Part shown: one piece after another, positions 1-8,397 of the stretch
Layout: each line of letters opens with the position of its first letter
Numbering within the stretch: the first letter of the stretch is position 1
Assembly (NCBI GenBank): GCA_004431415.1
Contig: QPMI01000621.1
Coordinates: forward strand, 124,001-188,000
From: Cyanophora paradoxa CCMP329
Lineage: Eukaryota > Plantae > Glaucophyta
Reading direction: 5' to 3'
DNA: 64,000 nt
Program-made: the position numbers and the translations under genes
Notes under the pieces: generated by a model
The model's input: the letters and a program-made list of their open reading frames with translations, nothing else
What the model was told of the DNA's origin: nothing
The model's database searches: none

Positions 1-1
1 C

Positions 2-410
2 AAATCCTACTAATCCAGTCGGAGCACCGGGAACTGATCCAGGAACGTTAGTGCTTATGATTCTCTTACCGATTCTCGGTGCTCTTGGGCTTGTGCTTGC
101 ATACAAATTCCGAGCTTTATGTTGTGCTTGCATAGACAGAACCATTGCAGGAGCAGGTAATAAATACTCCACACCTGAGCTGAATGTGACCCAAACAGCC
201 GAAGGAGATGTGGGCTTAGAGGTGAGGTCAGCCGAGGGGCATGGTCTAAGTGTTGTGAGAACTGATCAACCACCAGCAAGTAGGGCAGCACCCAAAAAAT
301 CACGAGCACAAGAATTGGCAGAGCAAACGATGAACAATGATAGAGACTTTATGGCGGAAATGGCACAGCGAGAAGGGAGAATATATGAACATGTTCCAAA
401 TGTTATGTAA
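2..410 (+). CDS. C-terminal part of a viral single-pass membrane protein (5' partial)
   Basis: The frame is open from the window edge (NPTNPVGAPGTDPGTLV). It contains a hydrophobic helix LMILLPILGALGLVLAY, then KFRALCCAC and a tail ending IYEHVPNVM. Confidence 0.6.
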   Translation, partial: NPTNPVGAPGTDPGTLVLMILLPILGALGLVLAYKFRALCCACIDRTIAGAGNKYSTPELNVTQTAEGDVGLEVRSAEGHGLSVVRTDQPPASRAAPKKSRAQELAEQTMNNDRDFMAEMAQREGRIYEHVPNVM

Positions 411-1324
411 CAACCTTAATTTTTGTAGTATTCCATAATAGAGTATAATGACTGAACCCATAGTAGAAACGACAATAAAGAATGCTGTCTTGGATAATCA
501 ATTTTATATAACCCATGCCAATATACCCAGTGAATCCAATGACCTGATAGTAGATCTAAAAGGGTATGTGATGGGAGCTATGGCTTCCAATCTGTGGAAT
601 GACATTTTTGGTTACGAGTTTGGTCACATATATGACATAGCAAATGGGATTGGCTATGTGGATGCAATGGCAGGAACAGCCTTTCGAAATCTTAATTGCA
701 ACTGTGTGGGAGGGTGGATGTTTCAGATCTGTTCAAATGTCGATCCTACTATTGATCCAGCTACTGTGACCTTTGATTGCAATCTATTCGCCCCTAAAAC
801 CATTTTCTCCATCACTTGCAACCTTGTATGTTCAGATGTGCCCATTGTAGCACCTGTAATAGGTGCATCCAATATGTATATCCAAAGAAATCCGGTCGTC
901 CATACAGGTGCCGAATTTATATTGGGCGACAACACCCCAATCAGCCGCCTCGAATTACCCACGAATTTCACATTTAATCTCGTGGATGAGTTCCCTAACA
1001 GTCAAAGTCTCATGTATTTCACCTCTGAAAATCGCCTTTCGGGTGCATTCTCACCAATTGAGCTGTCTATACCAAAGCAAAAGGTGAGCTATAAGGAGCT
1101 TACAGATGTGCCGGCGGGATTCAGTGGGAAGTGGAGTGATATCATTCAGAAGCCGACTTGGAGTAGTGTAGCATACACAGGAAATTACTATGATCTTGTA
1201 AATCCTCCCGATTTCACAAGCTATATACCTCGTTGGATCGATCAAGGTGTAATTATATCAGAATCTACACTACCTTTCAATGGGACATGGGATAGATTAT
1301 TTACTAAACCGAATTTACATGCTG

Positions 1325-1608
1325 TTTTTTTTTTTGAGAGACTACGGTGGGGCGAACCCCCCGTAGGTAGTGATATTAAAGACAACAAAGCAATCACAAA
1401 TCAAAGATACAGTAAACTAGCACAAAATATATACAGAATCAAGAGGGATCACGAGAAGGGACACGATCAGAAGAACGCAAAAGATAAGGAGAACGAGCAC
1501 GAGGAGAAGGAGTAGAAGAGCTCAAGGGCGTCGATGCAAAAGTACTAGTCACACTAGAACGACGAGGAGCACGGGGACGCAGCAAATAAGGAGAACGAGC
1601 ACGAGGAA
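1325..1608 (-). mobile_element. 5'-truncated non-LTR retroelement 3' end inserted into the viral gene
   Basis: T11 tract at 1325-1335 (poly(A) on the minus strand), adjacent hairpin 1342-1366, purine-skewed body, and an internal 22-bp direct repeat (1484-1505, 1586-1607). It splits the repeat unit GCTGT^..CTACAAGTGG. No TSD is visible. Confidence 0.8.
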
Positions 1609-1807
1609 CTACAAGTGGAAATTATGATGATCTGATAAACACACCAAACCTACATGCTGTGGCTACAAGTGGAAATTATGATGATCTGATAAACACACCA
1701 AACCTACATGCTGTGGCTACAAGTGGAAATTATGATGATCTGATAAACACACCAAACCTACATGCTGTGGCTACAAGTGGAAATTATGATGACCTGATTA
1801 ACACACC
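1609..1807 (+). repeat. 54-bp coding tandem repeat, about 3.7 copies (NLHAVATSGNYDDLINTP)
   Basis: Near-perfect unit ctacaagtggaaattatgatgatctgataaacacaccaaacctacatgctgtgg. Confidence 0.95.
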
Positions 1808-2258
1808 TACTTCGCCACCTACTCACAATCACAGCATCGAGTTGCTCACGAATTTCGGTAGCTATGTAAATCCAAATGCATATGTGCAACAGGGGACAGC
1901 GGATGTAGTTATACCTAATCAAGTTTATACAGTAGGGCAAGTGTTTACAGCATCAGGAACCGTTACGTTTTCTACCCCATATTATAGTGATCCAATAGTT
2001 AATGCTACTCTCGAAAACAGTATTATTTTAACGAGTGTCGATTTCACCAATAGCATATATCTCTCTTCTGAATATCAGTTCGGGAATCGCATTGGGTTCA
2101 AAAATAAATTCACTTGGATTGCTATATTTACTTGTTATTCGGCGATCAATTATACGAATGTGCCTCAAAACGAAAGAACCCTTAAACTCCATTGGATTGC
2201 TGTCGGACCTCTCCAAAACAATAATATTCTCGCTTAATAAGTAAAGAACAATCAAAAG

Positions 2259-3275
2259 ATGTCGACTGTATTCACACCTGTGTTTTCCTTATCAGCCAGT
2301 GCTGTCCATAATGTTCAACACACAGTCTATGATTTATCTCCGAGCCACCCTTCGACTGAGACAGCGAAAACCGATTCTTTTAATGACCAAAGCATACTCA
2401 GAGTCAAAGAACTCAGAGCTGACAAGATTGATGGACTCGTTAAAGCTACTCAAATAATCGTATCTAATCGACCCGCAATCTCTTCGGGGCTGGTCACCAA
2501 AGAAAATCTATATGAAGGTCAACAGGATTCCAAAACGGCTTTTAATCCGGCTGATAGGAATTCGGCGGCTTTTCAAGTTTACAGTGGTGGGGCATGGATT
2601 GGGACTGGACTTGGAGTGAATGGGAATGCAACAGTGAGCGGGAATGCAACAGTTACTGGAAGCCTTACAGCTGGATCATTTGGGACAGTTAAAACGACGA
2701 CTATTGATTCTGGGGCAAATACAGAGTTGGTGATCAAGCGAAATAATGAGAATATCGCTTCTACTTTCACAGCATCACACACTAATGCAACAGGTGGGGC
2801 AGTTGCAGGAACTTATAGCTGGAAAGGTCTCACTATTAATGGGACTAATTCCTATCTTGCACTTCCTAATCATCCCCGGTTTTGTGTTGGTGTTTCTGGA
2901 ACTGTAACTGGTGCGGCTTATATTGGAGCCTATGGGCATACATTTCTAAACCATGGAAATCACGTAAATGTTTCCACAGGTTACTTCACAGCTCCTGTGT
3001 CAGGTCATTACAGATTCGTGTTCACTGGCGTAACAAGTCTAAATAATGTTGATACATATGTAGCATTTAGAGTCAATGATGGGCCTCCTAATGGTAAAAA
3101 TCTCGATGGTTATACATCAGCGTTAGGAACGAACTATCATAGAACTATATGCTTGAATGTCATTGTAGCAATGTATGCTGGTGACACAGGAAGGTTATAT
3201 GTTGGAGGAACAATTATGGGAGCTGTTGGAACAGCAAATTGTCAATGGTCGGGTGAATTAATTTCTGCTTCGTAA
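2259..3275 (+). CDS. Viral fibre/spike protein with C-terminal C1q domain
   Basis: Shaft-like GGAWIGTGLGVNGNATVSGNATVTGSL, then C1q signatures TGYFTAPVSGHYRF, MYAGDT and WSGELI. Confidence 0.8.
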   Translation: MSTVFTPVFSLSASAVHNVQHTVYDLSPSHPSTETAKTDSFNDQSILRVKELRADKIDGLVKATQIIVSNRPAISSGLVTKENLYEGQQDSKTAFNPADRNSAAFQVYSGGAWIGTGLGVNGNATVSGNATVTGSLTAGSFGTVKTTTIDSGANTELVIKRNNENIASTFTASHTNATGGAVAGTYSWKGLTINGTNSYLALPNHPRFCVGVSGTVTGAAYIGAYGHTFLNHGNHVNVSTGYFTAPVSGHYRFVFTGVTSLNNVDTYVAFRVNDGPPNGKNLDGYTSALGTNYHRTICLNVIVAMYAGDTGRLYVGGTIMGAVGTANCQWSGELISAS

Positions 3276-3283
3276 GTAAAAGA

Positions 3284-3547
3284 ATGTCGAACATCTACCA
3301 AGTGGTTCTAACTGATACTGAAAAACTGGGAATGGAATACTGTGCCTACTCTGTTCAGGATTGGATCGATAATGCGGCTCATAATAGGGCGAGAATCGCG
3401 ATTGATGAGATTGTGGACAAAGAAGTTAAATCGTGTATTGGTGCTGGAATTCCGATTCCACTCACAAAGGAAGCGATTGTAGAGCAAGCGTTTAATCGGG
3501 GGACTGTTCGAAAGGCAAGCGAAATTCCTGTGAGTGCTCCTATGTAA
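3284..3547 (+). CDS. Small phage-like protein, possible fibre assembly partner
   Basis: Starts 8 bp after the C1q gene. SVQDWIDNAAHNRARIAIDEIV resembles small genes that follow C1q fibres in aquatic phages (recalled similarity, not searched). Confidence 0.6.
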   Translation: MSNIYQVVLTDTEKLGMEYCAYSVQDWIDNAAHNRARIAIDEIVDKEVKSCIGAGIPIPLTKEAIVEQAFNRGTVRKASEIPVSAPM

Positions 3548-3746
3548 AGAAGGACTGGGTTTATTGTTATTTTTCATAGATCATGCATAAGAAAGGCATG
3601 TATCTTGCATAGTGGGCGGGGCGCGAGTGGTTCCAGTGCATTAAATGGAACATTTCGATTGAAGTCGCGAGTTTGTGCAGGTGGGCATTTTCGGCATGCT
3701 TGCTCATGCACATACTCGCTTTAAAAAATATAAAATGAAATTCGGT

Positions 3747-4070
3747 TTAACTCTTACGAGTTTTGCTATAACACTCTCGGCATTGATAGTTGAGACCATC
3801 CTTCGTTCTTTGTCTTTTATTAAACTCACTTGCAAGCTTCTCAATCTTGCAGTGCGAGCATATCTTCGATTGCACTTCGATTTTCGGACGCGTTTTTAAG
3901 ACATTGTGATACAGGTCAACGTGATAGTCACGGTCGCATTCGATGCATCGCGGATTTAATGTGACATTACCAGTTTTTAATTTACGCAAACCAAAACACG
4001 ATGCAGGTCTATCTACTTTGCAGATAGTGCATTGCTTACGTTTGGGTAGTGGGAGTTGATTGCTCGGCAT
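3747..4070 (-). CDS. Tandem zinc-ribbon (CxxC...CxxC x2) protein
   Basis: KQCTICK..F..RCIEC and KICSHCK..EF..QCREC, as in the N-termini of viral HNH-associated DNA-binding proteins. No nuclease domain is present. Confidence 0.7.
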   Translation of the reverse strand: MPSNQLPLPKRKQCTICKVDRPASCFGLRKLKTGNVTLNPRCIECDRDYHVDLYHNVLKTRPKIEVQSKICSHCKIEKLASEFNKRQRTKDGLNYQCRECYSKTRKS

Positions 4071-4221
4071 CTTTATAGCTTAATAGCGGGAAATCTTTAA
4101 GTGGGGATCAACGCATTTTTTATGGTGATTACAGCTATCGGTGGGGCTCACCTTGATTTTTCAATTTGGGTAACTGAAAACAGTTTGGAAACGATTGGGA
4201 ACATTTTGTAAAAATAAGGGT

Positions 4222-4428
4222 CTTACTGTCCTTACTGAGATATCGAGAGAGGGTTTTAGGGCTTACTGAGAATGGTAAGTAATTAGAAAAATGAAGAATG
4301 AAAGGGTTTCGTGATTGGTTCCAGTAAGGAGAGGTTAGATGTTTGAAAAATACAGTGCTATTTTATAATTTGTTACTGAGCCTTACTGAGAAATTTGAAA
4401 ATGGATAATGGGCTTACTGAGAATGGTA
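4222..4428. repeat. Sub-terminal CTTACTGAG repeats of the viral element
   Basis: Exact or single-mismatch copies at 4222, 4231, 4262, 4372, 4382 and 4413, and an inverted core at 4322. GGGCTTACTGAGAATGGTA is identical at 4259-4277 and 4410-4428. Confidence 0.85.
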
Positions 4429-4469
4429 GTGGGGAAGGAAAGAAGAGGGCGCGCAATTGGTGGGGTTCT

Positions 4470-7428
4470 CCTGGGAGCGAGCTCCAAGCCCGCGGCCTAC
4501 AAGGGCGCCGAAGGCTTCGGCGTCCCGCAGCACGCTGTAGGGGCCGAGCCTGAGGACCCCGACGTCCCGCTGGGCATCTTTAGGATGCAGCTGGGCCCGA
4601 CCGAGCGGGCCCTGCGCCAGCTCGCCAACTCCGCCGGCTTCCGCGCGGAAGCCCCGGCCGAGGGCGGCCGAGCCGCTAGGCGCCGAGCGCCCCGGGCGGC
4701 GCCTGCGAGCGCCCCCCCTGCCCCGATGGGCCGCTCCTCTTATGCAGAGGAGGAGTCGCGGCCCCCTGTGCCATCCAGTGCTCTCGAGGCCGAGCCCGAC
4801 GCCGGCGCCCCTGAAGCGCCCGCGCCCAAGCCTGAGGGTGAGGCTGGCGGTGCTGCGGAAACCGATTCCGACGCCGAGCCCCCGCCGCCAGAGCGCGCGC
4901 CGCGACGCCTGCCCCGCGAGCTCGCCAAGCTTGCTGCGTCGGCTGGGTTCGCCGAGGCCAAGGCCTCCGCCTCGGCTACTGACGCCGCCACGCGCAAGCG
5001 AGCGCGGGCCGCCCCAGAGCGCTTCGCGCCTCCCGCGCCGGAGTCGGCCTCGCCGCCCCCGAAGCGACGGGAACCGGGCCCGGCGCCCGCTGTCGAAGAG
5101 CGCGAGGCCCCCTCGGACGCAGAGATGCCCGACGCCCCTGAGGGCGACCTGGGCGCCCCGGCCGCGCTGCTAGAGGACGCTCACGCCGAGGCCGAGGCCT
5201 CGGGCGAGATCGATGACGAGTCGATGCCGGAAGGGCCTGGCCCCTCCGACGCCTGCGACGCTGACGGTTTCCCCCTCGCTCTCGCGGAGCGAGTACCGAA
5301 GCGCTCAGAAACCGGGCCCCGTCGGTGGGGCGCCAAGGGATTTGCTGAGCCGCGGCCCCTGCATCCCGACGCGCTCTTCCCTCGCGGCCCCGCCTTGAGG
5401 CGGCAGCCTCGAGATGAGTACAACACGCGCCACTGGCGCTCCCCGGTCGACCCCTCGGAACGGCCGGTGCCGATTCATATCGAGTGGGAGCCAGAGGACC
5501 CTGAGGGCGAGCCGCCTCCCGGGCCTCCGCGCCGGCGCTCGCTCTCCCCAGAGACTGCTCGCCACCAGATCCGCGTTCGGCCGGTCCCTCCGGACCCCAA
5601 GCCAGCGCCGCGGGCTCGAGGTCGCCCCTCTGCCCGCGGGCAGGTTTCCGACGACGCCGCCCCGCTCGAGCCCGAGACGGTCGCCGCCGAGGCCGCCGCC
5701 CCGCAGCGGTGGGTAGAACTCGACCCTAGAGGCCGGGACGTTCGCCCGCCGTGCAAGCCGGTCTTCGTGGACACCGTCCTCGATGCGTGGGCCTGCGGAC
5801 CCTCGCCAGCCGTCGACGGGGCGCTCCCCGACGCGCTGCGCCGTATGTTCCCGACCGAGAAGCGCGAGCGTCTGCTCGCCGCTCAGAAGGAGGATTCCTT
5901 CTGCAAGAAGCTTCTCGCCTTCCACGCAGAGGGCGAGAACCCAACTGTCTGCACCCGCGGCTCGAGGCGCGACGCAGACCCCTGCTCGCCCAGCTGCGCT
6001 CACTGCCTGCGGGCCAAGGAGCGCTTTGCACGCCTGGCCGGCGAGTTCAGCTTGGCCGACGACGGCGTCATCGAGCGCAACCCCTTGGTCCCAGCCGGCC
6101 GGTTTCTACCCGTCTTGCCGGACGCTTGGATCGACAGGGTGCTCTACGCCTATCACGAGGGCTGGGCCCATCGAGGCGCGCCCGTGATAGCCCGTCGGAT
6201 CGCCCTGCGGTTCTGGTGGCCTGGCATGTACGCCTCCATCGCTCGCTTTGTGCGGTCGTGCCCGCACTGCCAGTTCGCGAAGGCCGCGAAGCCCCGCCGT
6301 ACCGCCATTCAGGTGATACAGCCTTCGGGCAAGGGAGACCTGTGGCAGGTGGATATCTTCCACTTGGATATGCACGAAGACGGTTCGCGATACATCATCG
6401 CGTACGTCGACGCGTACACCAAGTTCTGCTATATCTACCCGCTCTCCCGTATCTCCGGCGAGGCCTTGCTCGCCACCGCGATCGACTTCTATATGCACGA
6501 GGGCGTGCCCGCGCGCATCCTTACGGACCGCGGGTCCCAACTCGTTGGAGGCGCGTGGAACGCGTTCTTCAAGGAGAAAGGCACCCGGTTCGTGCACGCG
6601 GCCGCCTACCACCACGCCTCGAACGGTGGCGCCGAGCGCCTGGGCGGAGTCTACAAGACTCTCGCTTACGCCATGTGCCGTGAGCACAAGCGGCCGCTCT
6701 CTGACTGGCCTCTCTACAATGCCGATATCGTTCTCGCGTTGCGGACCACCGTGCACTCCGCCACCGGGTTCTCCCCGATGGTCTTGCACCGCGGTTCTGA
6801 AGTGCACCTGCCCTGCGAAGTGCGCTTTGGAGCCGGCGTCCGCTTCGTGAACCCCGACCACACGCACCCAGCCGACTACCTTCTCGCGATGACGCGAGCC
6901 GCCGCGAGCGCTGATGCCGCCTCGCGCGAGTACCGTCGGTTCTATCGGAACCGCATGGTTGCTCGCACCGGCAACCCGCCTCATCGTCGCCGCTTTGAGG
7001 TTGGCGACAAGGTATTGTGCTGGATGGGCGAACACAACAAAGGGCTGTACAATTCGTGGGTCGGGCCCTACACCGTGACTGGTGTTAACCCTGGCGGTTA
7101 CACCTACACGGTCAAGGGATCGGCTAAGCCCTACTCCGCCAAGGACGACGCCCGTACCCGTCCTTTGCGCGAGACCGTTGCCCACATCGACTGCATGCTT
7201 CCGTTCCGCACGCGTCTCTCCGAGTCTCAAGCCCGTCCTCGCGTTGGTCGGCCTCGGAAGACCGCTGCGAACGCTGACGAGCCGGCGATCGATCCCGCAT
7301 CCGCGGACTCGCCCGCTCAAGAACAAAATCCACCTCTCGCCCCTGACGTCGGTGCCGAGGGCCCCGAGCGGGCTGCCGAGGGCGACGAGGTTGAGATGGA
7401 TGACGCGATTTTGGTCGACGACCTGTGA
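4470..7428 (+). CDS. Gypsy/Ty3-type retrotransposon pol C-terminal part: disordered linker plus integrase (5' interrupted)
   Basis: HHCC finger YHEGWAH..FWWPGM..CPHCQ, DDE triad WQVDIF / LTDRGSQ / NGGAERL, GPY module WVGPYTV, and AT-hook-like VGRPRK. Confidence 0.93.
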
Positions 7429-8121
7429 GATGCTTGTCCCGTTGCCGTCCCATTTGCGATCGCTGCGCCTGCGCCGTGGGGCAGATTTCTTTGCCCGCTT
7501 TGCCTCAGCTTTGGCTTCCGAGGTGGGACGTGGGTTGGCTGGTGGCCAATCACGGGGCGTCATCTGGGCCTTTCGTTCCATTTTCTGGGATCCGGGCCCG
7601 TCGCTCGTGGAGAGTGGCTGGGGTGTAGGCTTCCCGGGCACCTGCAGGCTCGTGAGGGGCTTGAGGTCGCCGGCTGGGAGTGCACTCAGTCGTGCCCTAT
7701 CCTTTCGTTGGGCCTGATGGGCGGCCCGGATACCTCCTCGCTGGTTTCTTCCCGAGGCGGTGAAACTTCCCATCCGTGCCACTCTCCTTCGGCTCTCGCC
7801 GTTGGAGCGAGTTTGGGCCAGCTTTTGGGGGGTTTCCGAGTTTTTATGCTTTTCCTTCTTTCGAGCTTGGCCTGGGGTTGCCTAGGTACATGCACTATGC
7901 TGGTATCGGCTCCTATTTCGGTCGCGAGCTATGCTACCTGGCATATCTGGTTGCTGATGACGGACATTCTACTTCGAGAGGAGTTCACTCGCCGCCGCCC
8001 TGTCGCTGCCGCGGTTGGTGCACACCCCGGCGGTGGGGTGGACGCCCCGTCGAGCATGCAGACTCGACGTTCGGCTTGGCGCGGTCCGGTGCGAGGACGC
8101 ACCGTATGCAGAGTGAGGAGT

Positions 8122-8397
8122 TGTCGCGTGCAGCGATTCCCTCGGATTAGGCTAGCCGGTAGTCTATGCGTAGCCGCTAGCCCTAGTCTAGTGCTATCGA
8201 GCGGCTAGCTCTAGCGCTCTCTGTATTCTGACTTAGCGCCGGGCGCGACTCCGTTTGGGGGTACGCGATCCCTGGACGGGTACACTTGTGAATAGACCAC
8301 TTGTGCTCCCAGCTACAGCCACAGCCCGTGCGTGACCGCACGGACGCTGCACCGGGTGGGAATCCTCTCATCCGACAGGGACAGAGGATAACTGACA
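8122..8397 (+). mobile_element. Putative 3' LTR of the Gypsy element
   Basis: Purine tract AGAGTGAGGAG (8110-8120) precedes TGTC...GACA inverted termini. LINE-type sequence begins right after 8397. The second LTR is not in the window. Confidence 0.45.

Larger units (their letters stand above)
448..2237 (+). pseudogene. Penton (minor capsid)-like protein fused to fibre repeats and a lectin-like tip; interrupted by a retroelement
   Basis: ORFs 448-1515 and 1659-2237 join into about 500 aa when 1327-1607 is removed. N-terminal motifs SITCNLV..PVIGASNMYIQRNPV..FTFNLVDEF resemble Polinton pentons. The middle has SG(K/N)(W/Y)xDLxxxP fibre repeats. The C-terminus GTVTFSTPY..PIVNAT..LHWIAVG resembles phage fibre tips of the gp53-C/H-lectin type. 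Confidence 0.65.
1..4469. mobile_element. Right end of an endogenous dsDNA virus (Polinton-like virus type); runs off the left edge of the window
   Basis: Visibly AT-rich against a very GC-rich host. Intronless, closely packed ORFs encode virion-type proteins (penton-like, fibre repeats, C1q). A non-coding end with repeated CTTACTGAG is followed by an abrupt switch to Gypsy sequence at about 4469. No major capsid, polB or ATPase gene lies in the window. Confidence 0.75.

Noticed and set aside
1324-1605. Insert as a spliceable GT-AG intron rescuing the viral gene
   Set aside because: The nearest AG acceptor does not restore the downstream frame, and the poly(T) plus hairpin fit an antisense retroelement.
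1609-1807. CRISPR-like array
   Set aside because: The units are contiguous 54-bp in-frame coding repeats with no unique spacers and no cas genes.
1659-3275. Diversity-generating retroelement acting on the fibre tips
   Set aside because: No template/variable repeat pair is visible, and the only RT in the window is LINE-type.
4408-4469. ATG at 4408 as the real start of a 1006-aa viral integrase
   Set aside because: The first about 20 codons come from the AT-rich viral terminus read through into GC-rich Gypsy sequence. Composition and the downstream PPT/LTR indicate a chance fusion.
6106-7782. 558-aa antisense ORF and the many other long overlapping ORFs in the track
   Set aside because: These are shadow frames expected at very high GC, Arg/Gly/Pro-rich and without motifs.
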